Shown: positions 1-9,821, counted from the stretch's first letter. The stretch: 40,000 bases of DNA from an uncultured Bacteroidales bacterium (GCA_963809855.1 CAWELF010000001.1:1573446-1613445); one strand, 5' to 3'. Notes: generated by a model not told the origin, from the sequence alone. A program made the numbers and translations.

Positions 1-642
1 TCTCCCTCGGTGTCAACCACTTTCATTATTCCGTCATCTACTTTCATCAAGGCTGCATCAAAAGTACCTCCGCCAAAATCGAACACCAACCAATAGCCTT
101 TCATGTTCTGAACTTCCAGTCCATACGCTATAGATGCAGCAATTGGTTCCTGCAATAATTCGCAATAAGTAAAACCAGCTAATTCGGCTGCTCTCTGTGT
201 GGCATTCAACTGATTTTGTCTGAATTTTGCCGGGACGGTTATAACTGCAGATTGAATTTCATCGTCGAGCACGAAACTTTTAAGCTTTTTCAATACTTCT
301 GCCGAAAGTTCCTCGGATAAATAATCTTTACCGAGATTAGAACTAAGATATTTTTTATCCGTTCCCATTGTCCGCTTGAACTCGAAGAAAGTATTTGAGC
401 CATCAGTATTACCTTTAGTCTGAAATTCTTTGAAAGTTTTTTTTGCATCGGCATCGATCTGGTTAAATGCTTTTAAGCCAACAAACATTGTTTTGGCCTT
501 ATTGATATGGACAACCGAAGGAGTTGTATCCATTTGACCGTCGTTGCTTTTTATTATCTTAATTTCACCATTATCCAACCGGGCTATAGCTGAATTTGTT
601 GTCCCTAAATCAATACCGTAATCAATTTTCTGATGTGTCATA
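1..642 (-). CDS. Hsp70-family ATPase, N-terminal 214 aa (C-terminus lies beyond the window start)
   Basis: Own translation of the minus strand from ATG at 642-640: MTHQKIDYGIDLGTTNSAIARL... It contains the Hsp70 phosphate-1 motif (GIDLGTTNS) and phosphate-2 motif (LVFDFGGGTFDAALM). It is open to position 1 and absent from the ORF track because it runs off the window. Confidence 0.85.
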
Positions 643-652
643 TTTATTAATC

Positions 653-1009
653 TTAATCACCTGTACTTACTTCCACCTCAGCAATCTGAACAAGCTGACC
701 TTTATAATTAATTTGAGGCTTTATTACTTTTGTAATTATTTTTTCACCTTTCTTGAGACCTTCCGATGGAATAAACCTTGCGTGTACTGTCATACCTTCG
801 CTGTAAAGTTTATTTAATAGAACCGGTAATTCAAATCCCAGAATATTAAGTTCTTCTTCTAACCGGTCGAGAGATTTTGAAAGCTGGGCAATTCCAATAA
901 TATCTGGAGAAATTGAAGCAATGCGCTGACGCATACGGGTAATTTCATCAGCAACTTTAATAGCAAATGGATTAATTATTTCTGAATCTTTTGTCAGTTC
1001 CGTATACAT
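653..1009 (-). CDS. Candidate GrpE-like nucleotide exchange factor (short)
   Basis: 118-aa ORF ending 10 nt upstream of the Hsp70 start. The N half is helical. The C-terminal tail GEKIITKVIKPQINYKGQLVQIAEVEVS resembles the GrpE C-terminal beta domain pattern. Similarity judged by eye only. Confidence 0.45.
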   Translation of the reverse strand: MYTELTKDSEIINPFAIKVADEITRMRQRIASISPDIIGIAQLSKSLDRLEEELNILGFELPVLLNKLYSEGMTVHARFIPSEGLKKGEKIITKVIKPQINYKGQLVQIAEVEVSTGD

Positions 1010-1010
1010 G

Positions 1011-1580
1011 CTAGTTGGTTCCTAATATTTTGTATCGTTTTTGAAAGAATGTTCTTAGTTTGATTTTCAGTTCTGGTATTTCTTTTACAACATATTTTTG
1101 CTGTGCATCTTCTTTAGCTTGAATTGCATCACTCCAAACCTTAGTGCTTCTTGCAGATTCCATCATAGTTGCCAAAGAATGACTGCTTTTTGCTTTGTTA
1201 AATTTCTCTCTTAATTGATTAACCAAGATAATGATTTCGTCTTCAAAAACAATTTCGTTTTCGTCGTAATAATCAAAGAAGGAATTTATAATATCATAAG
1301 TGTTTTTTCTAAATTCATCTAACTCTCTTTGGCTTTCTTTGTCTGCAGTTCCTCCATTAGCAATGTTTAATTTAGGTTCTGGTTTACTCATTAGAAGACT
1401 CAAAGCTTTTTCAGCTTTTATTAGCAACTTATAAAATTCCCGGATAATATCTAACTTATCTTTATATGAATTTGAAAACCTAAAGAATTTCTTATTGATT
1501 ATATCTGAGATAAATAATTGTCCAAAAGTAGCTAAACTACCTGTTCCAAAAATAATTATTAAGACTTCATACCATTTCAT
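1011..1580 (-). CDS. Hypothetical protein with an N-terminal TM helix and a helical/coiled C-terminal part
   Basis: 189-aa ORF with a hydrophobic N-terminus (WYEVLIIIFGTGSLATFGQLFI). It ends 1 nt before the next gene and sits in the Hsp70 operon. Confidence 0.6.
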   Translation of the reverse strand: MKWYEVLIIIFGTGSLATFGQLFISDIINKKFFRFSNSYKDKLDIIREFYKLLIKAEKALSLLMSKPEPKLNIANGGTADKESQRELDEFRKNTYDIINSFFDYYDENEIVFEDEIIILVNQLREKFNKAKSSHSLATMMESARSTKVWSDAIQAKEDAQQKYVVKEIPELKIKLRTFFQKRYKILGTN

Positions 1581-1717
1581 GCGACATGTTTTTATAAAAA
1601 GACTTCAAAGTAAAATACAATGTAGAAAAAACTCGAATATGCTAGTAATTCGAAAAATGCTACTTGAATAAATCCTCACCATTTATTTTTCACTGTTGGA
1701 TATTTCCGTTAGAAACT

Positions 1718-3550
1718 TTATATAGTTTTATTCTCCTCAATACTAATCCAGTTTTTTATAAATATTAAATTATCACTTACGCGTTGGCGGGCTGTTCCAT
1801 CAACGACAATTTTGTCTGCATAAGTAATTGTTTTGAGAGTTTCAAAACCTTCATGAAGTGTTGGTTTCCGAGTTTTAGTTATTGCATTCCAATAACCAAC
1901 AGAACAGTCTATTAATGCTTCGGAAAGCTTATTGGCAATTAATCTATACTGTAAGTTACCATAGGATAATATTTCTTTCACATTATTTAAATTGTTATTT
2001 GTTGAAGTAAAAAGTTTAATCCCCAGGACATTAGCCTGCGCAGGATTTGTTTCAACTATTTTTTTTGTTTCAGCAATTGATTTTTCGATTTCAACTATAG
2101 GTTTTCCAATAAATTTTGATAGTACCAATAACTGTATTTCGTCAGAGAAGGTATGAAATGCATCTGTAAATTCTTTTAATCTAATACCTTCATCTTTATC
2201 TATATATTGCTTTATCAGAGAAAAAACATCATTAATAAATAACATAGATAAAGAATTCTTATCAGGGATAAAATTCTCGTCACAGATAGTCTTGGAATAC
2301 TCATAAATTGATTCACTATTAATAAGTTTCCCCATCAAAATAATTGCTTTTTCGGGGTCATATGCAATATTCCATTCGTTTCTTATGTGACTAGTGAGCA
2401 GATAACATATTGTATTTGTTGCGGCTGGAAAATATTTTTTAGAAAAGTCAATGTTTTCGCCAAAAGTTGTACGACCTGTTGAGTAGAAAATTTTAAAATT
2501 AGAAAATGAAACTTTCTGTTTCCCCAGAACTGAAAGGCCAATGTAATCTCCAAAAAAGACAATTTCCTTCTCTATTACGACATTATACTCATAAGGGAAT
2601 GGCCTTTCATTAATGTAAATTTGAAATCTTCTAATTTTAGGACGATAGTATAGTATAAGTTTATTCTTAAGCTTATTAACAGCATCATCTTTTTTCCACC
2701 CGAAGATATTTTTATATATGCCCTTCTCAACGACATCAAAAAAGATGTACCCGTTTGCTGAAACGCCCAAACTATAATAACTGTTTGTCAAATCTTTGCC
2801 AAAAATGATTGAGTAAAGTTTGTTTTCTTCTCCTTCAATCCATTCGCACTCAAATTCAATAGAAAAGTGTACGTTTTTATCAAACTTAAGTTCTTTCAAT
2901 AACCAAAATCCGGATTCCTCTTTGCTATCAAGTACAATCCGGTCATTAGTTATTGTGGCTCCGGTATTGACAGGTAATTGGGAAATTATATCATAATATA
3001 CAGGAATTTTAATGTGTTTATAATGTGTTGAATCTTCTAATGAAAGACTTCTTAGGAGGCTTTCTCTCACTTTTCTTTCATCCTTCTCTGAAAGTCGCTT
3101 CTTTGCATCCTCAGTGGATAAATAGCTTGTCGGATTTTTTTCATTGTGATTTTTTAGTTTTTGCATTAAAGCTTTATCTAGTAAAATATTGTGGATATTT
3201 CCTAAGATCTTTAAGGATTGGGTGTTTTTCTCATCCCTAAGATTAAACCAGAGCAATGAATAATATAGTCTATTTTCAGGCATTTCTAGTTTTTTAGAAG
3301 CTTCCTGGATATTTGAAACGCTTCTGTTTACTTCCCCCAAGAACAGAAAGTCAGTATCATAAGTTACTTTTTTATCCATTTCAGCATAAATGATTAAATC
3401 TGACGTCCTCTTAGCTATTTCTTTGTCAGTAGCAGATGGAGAAATTCCTAAAACTCTGAAAGGATTATTAATTATAGCGTCCATGAATTTGCTTATCGTT
3501 GATCGAATGTTAAAAGTAATAAAAAAACCGGGTATGTCAGTGAAGGGCAA
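1718..3550 (-). CDS. J-domain-like protein lacking HPD, with a large unassigned C-terminal region
   Basis: 610-aa ORF. The more likely start is the ATG at 3484 (MDAIINNPFRVLGISPSATDKEIAKRTSDLI...), which reads like J-domain helices I-II, but no HPD tripeptide follows. It is the first gene of the Hsp70 operon. Confidence 0.55.
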   Translation of the reverse strand: MPFTDIPGFFITFNIRSTISKFMDAIINNPFRVLGISPSATDKEIAKRTSDLIIYAEMDKKVTYDTDFLFLGEVNRSVSNIQEASKKLEMPENRLYYSLLWFNLRDEKNTQSLKILGNIHNILLDKALMQKLKNHNEKNPTSYLSTEDAKKRLSEKDERKVRESLLRSLSLEDSTHYKHIKIPVYYDIISQLPVNTGATITNDRIVLDSKEESGFWLLKELKFDKNVHFSIEFECEWIEGEENKLYSIIFGKDLTNSYYSLGVSANGYIFFDVVEKGIYKNIFGWKKDDAVNKLKNKLILYYRPKIRRFQIYINERPFPYEYNVVIEKEIVFFGDYIGLSVLGKQKVSFSNFKIFYSTGRTTFGENIDFSKKYFPAATNTICYLLTSHIRNEWNIAYDPEKAIILMGKLINSESIYEYSKTICDENFIPDKNSLSMLFINDVFSLIKQYIDKDEGIRLKEFTDAFHTFSDEIQLLVLSKFIGKPIVEIEKSIAETKKIVETNPAQANVLGIKLFTSTNNNLNNVKEILSYGNLQYRLIANKLSEALIDCSVGYWNAITKTRKPTLHEGFETLKTITYADKIVVDGTARQRVSDNLIFIKNWISIEENKTI

Positions 3551-3622
3551 CTCTTTTGCAAAGCTTTGGCTGGAGGTGGGTTTATGAGACTTTGTAAGTG
3601 TGTTGTAATTAAGTCTGCAGTT

Positions 3623-4393
3623 TTATATTTTAAATTCTAAAAATTCTTTAAATGATAAAACAATTGTGTCAATATTAAATAGTGAATATGCTACTTTCGC
3701 CTTGTATCTTGCTCGTTGGTCATTTGAAATAAACATATTACAACTTGATGCAAAAAAAGTATGAGAAGCATCATACATTCTTGCTAGATTGGACTTTTCA
3801 GTTTTTTTATCTTTCCAAAACCCAACAAAGTCCAAAAAATTAAACAATGTATTGATTCTCTCACGAGATGACATTCCTGAGAAATCTATCAATTTAACAA
3901 ATTCGATTTTTAAATTATCGCTTGTTGCTTTATTTATGTATTCTATTACTTCGATTGGTTTGTAATTGTTTATTCGTTTTTCATCAATATTTAAAATCCT
4001 TATAAACTTTGCTCTATCAATGTTAAAACTATTGACAGCTTTTCTTAACATCTCAAATACCAACAAATTCTTTTGTATGGTTAAGATTACACTTTCCGGA
4101 TTTTCTGTCTTTATACATATTTGATTACCATTAGGATAAATGTATTTATTATTCATTACATCTTTAATGGTTTTCAATCTATTGACTTTTAATTCATCGA
4201 AGTTTTTTTTGGCTTCTAATAATTCCTGAATATGTGTATAAGAATATACGAATGAAACTCTTTCCCCATAAACATCTTTAATATCCTCATATTTTAATTC
4301 ATTATCTTCAATTGATACTAATATGTTATTATCTAAGTATGCAATTATATCTCCAGACCCTTTAAACTCTTTGTTTAAATTCATAATAATCAT
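3623..4393 (-). CDS. Hypothetical protein
   Basis: 256-aa ORF with AT-rich coding composition like its neighbours. No motif recognised. Confidence 0.55.
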   Translation of the reverse strand: MIIMNLNKEFKGSGDIIAYLDNNILVSIEDNELKYEDIKDVYGERVSFVYSYTHIQELLEAKKNFDELKVNRLKTIKDVMNNKYIYPNGNQICIKTENPESVILTIQKNLLVFEMLRKAVNSFNIDRAKFIRILNIDEKRINNYKPIEVIEYINKATSDNLKIEFVKLIDFSGMSSRERINTLFNFLDFVGFWKDKKTEKSNLARMYDASHTFFASSCNMFISNDQRARYKAKVAYSLFNIDTIVLSFKEFLEFKI

Positions 4394-4467
4394 TCTAATT
4401 TAAAAAGGATTGATATTCCTTGCTTTTCATTATTGCATCATTTTATTTATTCAGACATGGAGAAAAT

Positions 4468-4600
4468 CTTAAAGTTACAGAATCATCCTTATTAGATAGT
4501 ATGAGTTGGCAAAAAAGCATCTCACTGAATTGGGACAAGTTGTTGTAGGTATGGCTTGCCAAACTCATGCTTATGTGTTGGATTTCACAGAATCCCAAAA
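4468..4600 (+). repeat. Shortened copy of the leader module seen at 5444-5786 and 9123-9464
   Basis: It shares CTTAAAGTTACAGAATCAT, GCAAAAAAGCAT...GCCAAACTCaTGCTTaTG and GTTGGATTT with the two long leaders. The middle part is missing, as if internally deleted. Confidence 0.5.
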
Positions 4601-4647
4601 TAAAATTATTTCTGGATTTACGTTGGCAAAAAAGATAATTTATCAGA

Positions 4648-4815
4648 TTAGTGGTTGGCTAATTCCTTGTTCTTAATCCTTGCGGAATATTTCTTCCGAA
4701 TCTCCGCTAACCTTTTTTCTCTTAATTCGGGATTCTTTTCATATACTTCATGATGCTTATTACGAATTTCCCGCATCATCTTAACAGCATCAAAAATTTT
4801 CTTATTCTTCATCAT
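4648..4815 (-). CDS. Small basic 55-aa ORF overlapping the PIN gene stop (possible TA partner)
   Basis: Own translation: MMKNKKIFDAVKMMREIRNKHHEVYEKNPELREKRLAEIRKKYSARIKNKELANH. The ATGATG start overlaps the PIN stop, which suggests translational coupling. It is below the ORF-track size cut-off. Confidence 0.35.
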   Translation of the reverse strand: MMKNKKIFDAVKMMREIRNKHHEVYEKNPELREKRLAEIRKKYSARIKNKELANH

Positions 4816-5272
4816 CGCTGAATTTTAAAATTTCCCGTGGATTTCGAATTTCCAACATAGTGTAACCATTTTTAAGATTAACAGCATTGTACAATCTGAT
4901 CCTATCCAGATTCACTATATGTTTAAAGTTCCAACTTGCTAAAACACTCACCTGATTTATGGTTGAGATAGCAATATGTAATGCATCTTCATAAAATTTC
5001 TTAGAGACAGCTCCTTCAAGGATATATAAATCAGCGAGCTTTCTTGATTCATTGTCTGATATTAAAATTTCAAGATTATCTTCCGGAATTTTTCTGAAGT
5101 TTTCTTGCACACGCTCAGGAGCGTCAGATAATTCATCCAAAGTAATATCTGAAATCACGGCAATTCTTTTCCCGGATTTGAAATCATCAAACAATCTGTT
5201 TGACCATTCTTCAAACTCTGAGTCAAAACACCCACCTATTACTGATGTATCTATATATACTTTCTGTTTCAT
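4802..5272 (-). CDS. PIN-domain protein (VapC-like toxin ribonuclease)
   Basis: 156-aa ORF. It has the N-terminal acidic motif KVYIDTSVIGG and the later motifs DALHIAIS and SWNFKHIV, typical of PIN-fold acidic residues. Confidence 0.75.
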   Translation of the reverse strand: MKQKVYIDTSVIGGCFDSEFEEWSNRLFDDFKSGKRIAVISDITLDELSDAPERVQENFRKIPEDNLEILISDNESRKLADLYILEGAVSKKFYEDALHIAISTINQVSVLASWNFKHIVNLDRIRLYNAVNLKNGYTMLEIRNPREILKFSDDEE

Positions 5273-5371
5273 TTAATTATTCAGTCTGTCAAAGATACGA
5301 AAAGAATGTATTTTAGTCAAAAATGTTTGGCTCCCGAACTATGTTTTGAAAATAGCAGTCATCAGAGATTA

Positions 5372-5411
5372 AAATTTCGCGTTACCGGCGCCAGCCGGTA
5401 ACGCGAAATTT
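5372..5411 (-). terminator. Perfect 18-bp stem / 4-nt loop palindrome, a possible terminator or operator
   Basis: AAATTTCGCGTTACCGGC-GCCA-GCCGGTAACGCGAAATTT. On the minus strand TTTTAAT follows the stem. It lies between leader/repeat A and the PIN gene. Confidence 0.4.
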
Positions 5412-5443
5412 CTGAAAGTTATTTGGATTTGTTTAAATTTTGA

Positions 5444-5786
5444 TGTTACAGAATCATTGTCAATATGTGATCGAGGGGAGCAAAAAAGCATGTGTTTGGC
5501 AGTGACGGGAAGGTTGCAGGGAAGGACTGCCAAACTCTTGCTTGTGCGTTGGCGACCAATCTACTGACTATAAAATTGTCTGCGGCGCAGTCGCCATTAC
5601 GGAGTTTTATCGTCCAGATGGAAAACTACTAAACCATACGAGTGTCGCGGTACTATTTTGATTACATGTTGGATTTGTCTCGACAGTGTTATTTTATTAA
5701 CAGCAGTGGAGCGTCGGCTGTGTCACCCGTTTACGTGTCCTGGTAAACGGATGGAAATCGTTCGAATCATGACACAGCTTGCTTAC
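5444..5786 (+). repeat. Leader module copy 1 (~340 nt), fused to repeat copy A
   Basis: Highly similar by eye to 9123-9464 along its whole length. Contains the hairpin AGCAtgtGTTTGGCAGT...ACTGCCAAACtctTGCT. No ORF. Confidence 0.8.
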
Positions 5787-6129
5787 AACGGCTCGGTGGT
5801 ATAGGAAGTTGCCGGCTGTGTCAGGGTTGGCGAGTTTTTTGCCAGTCCCGGTAGGTGGACGAAAGTTGTCTTGTCACGGTAAAAGCCTATTACGTATGAG
5901 TCCTGGTAGTGAAAACGTAATTACTTGTCAGGGTACATTATATAAACGGAGAGCAAAAAACGCTGCCAACTGCGCGTCGGCCTGCAGCCCTACTGACTTT
6001 GTCTCGGGTGCAGGATGAGTCGGGGTACACCAAATTTAATAAGTGAATTGAAGTTGCGAGCATAGACTTAAATAGCTGATTACGAATGTGTCCGGGCTGC
6101 AGAAGGCAATTGCCTATACCATCCGTGTT
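5787..6129 (+). repeat. Structured cassette-array repeat, copy A
   Basis: Begins AACGGCTCGGTGGTATAGG and ends CCTATACCATCCGTGTT. Aligns with copies B-G and carries compensatory changes in both terminal arms. Confidence 0.9.
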
Positions 6130-6652
6130 GTAAGCAGGCTTTATTTTAAAACTGTCTCGGTACCAGAAATCTGCGTTTTTATGCAAGCCATTAGTCATGG
6201 ATTTGTCTTACGTTGGTAAATTGTCACCTAAATAGATTTTTAAATATATGGAGTTGTATCATTAAACCGGCGGGACGGGCTTGAAGGCTTGTTTGCAGCT
6301 TTTGATAGAGCATAGGAATTGAGCGAGCTGCAAATATGCCTGAAAGCGACAGGAAGGTTTTATGGTGGTTCTCTATGTTAGGTGAGTTATTCTATTTATC
6401 AGTTCGTTTGTCCTTTTCCCAGCCAGAGTGATACTATTGCCAGCTGATAATTTCCATTTCCCAACTTGTTTATTCCATATGCCAGTACTCTTGTCCCTTT
6501 TCCAAAGTCGCTTGTTCTCTTTCCCAGACCACTGATTCCTAACTCAGGGTCTATTATAACTTTTTCATATAGCCTTGTTGCTCTTATCGTTTATGCTTGA
6601 AACAATAGTCGAGTTTTAATATTATTATATGAGAGCAAAAGCGGATAATACT

Positions 6653-6796
6653 CTATGGTAGTCTTTCCACAAGACTGAATAGCGCATATAAAAAAGAGAG
6701 TATTATAAAAATTACAATTATGGGAAAAACTAAGTAAAAGAATATTCCAATTACAAAATTTTTCCATGGAGGAAGTTCTTGGTCTGGCTTTTTCAT
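6653..6796 (-). CDS. Possible 47-aa small membrane peptide
   Basis: Own translation: MKKPDQELPPWKNFVIGIFFYLVFPIIVIFIILSFLYALFSLVERLP. One long hydrophobic stretch. Below the track cut-off, with no other support. Confidence 0.3.
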   Translation of the reverse strand: MKKPDQELPPWKNFVIGIFFYLVFPIIVIFIILSFLYALFSLVERLP

Positions 6797-7029
6797 AACT
6801 TAAAATATTCTAAATATTCATTGATAGGTACTTAGTCGTTAAATACTATTGTAGTCATCCATTTTTTTAAATGCAAAATGATAATTTTTTCCCTATTTCT
6901 TTCCTTATGTGGGTTAAAAAGTATATTTCTTTCCTATCCTATGATAATAACCTCTCCCTTGTTTACCGAATGTTGTTCAAAATGTCATTTATAATTTATG
7001 TTATCTTAAAAACTGAACTCAGCCAATAT

Positions 7030-7305
7030 TCAGTCTTGATTCAAGATAATTTGTCCTGAAAAATACCTCCACTCATCTGTTACATAATCAGAACGTGATT
7101 GTCCATGGAGACTACCCCAACTTTGAAGAGAGGTTCCTGTGAAATGCTTCCCATCTGCATTAATTGATGTAACAATTACTACATATTTATTGTATCCAGC
7201 CATACCATTCCAGGATTCACGATAAGCAATAAAAGGAATTCTTTCTCCCATATCTTTTATAGGGGTCTCATTCTTCATGTTTATTGTTACACTAAAATCT
7301 ACCAT
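7030..7305 (-). CDS. Hypothetical protein
   Basis: 91-aa ORF, co-directional with and 55 nt downstream of the preceding gene. Confidence 0.5.
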   Translation of the reverse strand: MVDFSVTINMKNETPIKDMGERIPFIAYRESWNGMAGYNKYVVIVTSINADGKHFTGTSLQSWGSLHGQSRSDYVTDEWRYFSGQIILNQD

Positions 7306-7360
7306 AACTTGTTTTTTAAAATATGAATATTATAGAAACATATATTTAAATTAATAAAAA

Positions 7361-8065
7361 CTACTCAAGCGAATTTTCATCTATATATCCTAATTTATTA
7401 TTATACTTCACAACATAAAAGCCACCAATTTTGTTTGTTTGCAATATCTTAACACTTGCTCCTTTAGGCAAAGTTAATATACATTCACTATTAAATGAAT
7501 CAGTTACGTGCATACAAACATCCTTGTTGGTAATCATCATATCACCAGATTGTAGGGCGGGCTTTTGGGCGATCGCACTTACGTCAGATTTATTAATAGT
7601 GGAAGTGTCTTCATTTTCAGGAAATAGTCTATACCAATCTTCACCTATGTTATAGGTAACCTTAGTAATCTTATACTCATCAAGGATTATTTTATAATAT
7701 GCTCTAAATGTTAAACTACGGTTGGGTGTTTGGTACCCATTATCATATGAATATTGTCCAACAAGAAATTGGCGGCCGTCACCGTCTGTTTGATTATCAG
7801 TAATCACAGGTATTCCAGGGGAAGGGGGATTTTTTCCCTTATAAAAATCAGAATATTTACCTAATTCCGAAAAGAAAATACTTTGAACCTGTAGTGTTAA
7901 TTCAGTTACAACCGTCCTTTCTTTCTTTTCAGAAACTGTCACATTAACATTTTGAGATTGAGGAATATCTAATGGTTGGTGTCTGAAAACCGAAGGATCA
8001 AGTTGTGCTTGGATATTCTGCATTAATAACAGAATAAATACGATTAGGAATATTTTTGTCTTCAT
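7361..8065 (-). CDS. Secreted protein with a C-terminal bacterial SH3-like domain
   Basis: 234-aa ORF with a signal peptide (MKTKIFLIVFILLLMQNIQAQ). The C-terminus GASVKILQTNKIGGFYVVKYNNKLGYIDENSL resembles the SH3_3 pattern. Confidence 0.65.
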   Translation of the reverse strand: MKTKIFLIVFILLLMQNIQAQLDPSVFRHQPLDIPQSQNVNVTVSEKKERTVVTELTLQVQSIFFSELGKYSDFYKGKNPPSPGIPVITDNQTDGDGRQFLVGQYSYDNGYQTPNRSLTFRAYYKIILDEYKITKVTYNIGEDWYRLFPENEDTSTINKSDVSAIAQKPALQSGDMMITNKDVCMHVTDSFNSECILTLPKGASVKILQTNKIGGFYVVKYNNKLGYIDENSLE

Positions 8066-8159
8066 AATTTAATATTTAGAGTGTTTATCGTAAAGTGTAA
8101 CTTACTTTGATTTTGTTAGTTTTTACAAGATAATAATTAGTAAGAAATTAATTGAAAGA

Positions 8160-8927
8160 TCATTCGATATTAATCTTCCTATTCTGAAAATCTAATATTG
8201 CAATTTTGTATTCTACTTTATCCTCAAAAATCGATTTTATTTCATTAATTAATAACTCAGGAGCATTTACTCCGAAAGTAATTGATTTTATTATTTCGAC
8301 TTTTATTGGAACTTTATAACCGCCATTTTCCTCTTTAATGCATTTATTGTCCCTCGCCAAACCTCCAATTATTAATCTTAATTCTTTCTCTTTTGACCAA
8401 ATTTTCTTATCCTTCTGAAGAAGTAACTTCTCGAACAAAAGGTCAAGTAATAGCGGGTCCTCTAATATCTGGGTAATTGATTTTGATTGAGTATTTGGTT
8501 TGTATCCAATCTCAATATTCTCATTAAAATTAATGGGTAAATTTCTATATTGAACCTCTAATAAGTGGCATTTACATTCTAGTAGCAATGAAAAGTAATC
8601 ATCAAAATCATCACAGTCATACTCGACACAGATCCCTTTATGTCGATCAGTATAATGAGACCATAAGTGAATATTATCATTAGTCTTTGAAAAACAGCAA
8701 ATACCAAAATGTTTCGTGTTTTCTATGATAATATCTTTATCATGTTCTTTGAGTCTTCGTAGTTTATTTAAAGTATTGTTGGAATAGTTCAATACTTCCA
8801 TATTACAATCAAAAGGGTCGTTAAAAAATTTAGGTTTTGAAAACCATAAATAATTGTTTCTTAATGATTCTATTTTAGGATCATTTTGCAATTCTTGGGA
8901 AAAGCTGAAGTATTTATAAATCTTCAT
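8160..8927 (-). CDS. DUF2971-like protein
   Basis: 255-aa ORF. Motifs LWFSKPKFFNDPFDCN, GICCFS, LWSHYTDRHKGICVEY and KEKELRLI match the DUF2971 pattern. It is a paralog of 12500-13474. Confidence 0.7.
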   Translation of the reverse strand: MKIYKYFSFSQELQNDPKIESLRNNYLWFSKPKFFNDPFDCNMEVLNYSNNTLNKLRRLKEHDKDIIIENTKHFGICCFSKTNDNIHLWSHYTDRHKGICVEYDCDDFDDYFSLLLECKCHLLEVQYRNLPINFNENIEIGYKPNTQSKSITQILEDPLLLDLLFEKLLLQKDKKIWSKEKELRLIIGGLARDNKCIKEENGGYKVPIKVEIIKSITFGVNAPELLINEIKSIFEDKVEYKIAILDFQNRKINIE

Positions 8928-9122
8928 TTTAATAGTTAAAAGTTTGATAAATATTTAATGATGCCGAATTAAAATATTTAAAGACATGCAGAAAAAATTT
9001 AATATGAATAGTTTGTGTTAATCTGAGTCCATTTGGTTTGACTTTCAGGTAAGCCTTATTTATTGAATTCCTTAAGTTTAATAGCCTGATTTCCATTTAT
9101 CTGTCAGGGTCAAAAACTTAAA

Positions 9123-9464
9123 GTTACGGAATCATTGTTAATATGTGGCCGCGGGAAGCAAAAAAGCATGTGTTTGGCAGTGACGCGAGGGTTGCAGAGA
9201 AGGACTGCCAAACTCTTGCTTGTGCGTAGGCATCCAATCTACGGACTATAAAATTGTCTGTGGCGCAGCCGCCATTTCGGAGTTTTATCGTCCAGTTGGA
9301 AAACTACTAAACCATACGAGTGTCGCGGTACAATTTTGATTATGTGTTGGATTTGTCTCGATAGTGTTATTTTATTAACAGTAGTCGCGCGATGGCTTTG
9401 TCTCCCGTTTACGTGTCCATGTTAAAGGCAGGAAGTCGTTCGAGTCGTGACACAGCTTGCTTAC
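9123..9464 (+). repeat. Leader module copy 2, fused to repeat copy B
   Basis: Collinear with 5444-5786. Confidence 0.8.
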
Positions 9465-9621
9465 AACGGCTCGGTGGTATGGTTAGGTGCCGTCTGTGTC
9501 AGGGTTGGCGAGTTTTTTGCCAGTCCCGGTAAGTGGACGCAAGTTGTCTGGTCACGGTAAAAGCTGATTACGTATGAGTCCCGGTAATGAAAACGCCATT
9601 TACTTGTCACGGTGCATTATA
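9465..9621 (+). repeat. Structured repeat copy B, 5' part (interrupted by IS21)
   Basis: AACGGCTCGGTGGTATGGTTAGGTGCC... up to GGTGCATTATA, where the IS begins. Confidence 0.9.
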
Positions 9622-9821
9622 TGTATATTCAGAAATCTATTGACCCCCTGTTAAGAAATAATTGACCCCCATTCAGGCGTAATTGACCCCCCGAAAGTGC
9701 AAGTTTTTGTCTGACATTCCGGCAATATTGACCCCTCTGGGGAAAAATATTATCTGTCATTCCGGCATATTGACCCCCTAAGAACGGACTGTTTTTTTGC
9801 TTTGTAAGAAAAACAGATGCG

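Noticed and set aside
6405-6530. A recurrent YTTTCCCAR motif, four copies spaced about 25-42 nt apart, might be a regulatory array.
   Set aside because: The spacing is irregular and the motif is short. The region looks like a decayed coding repeat (reverse frame gives ...LGKG/ VGKW/ LEKG...) with no intact ORF.
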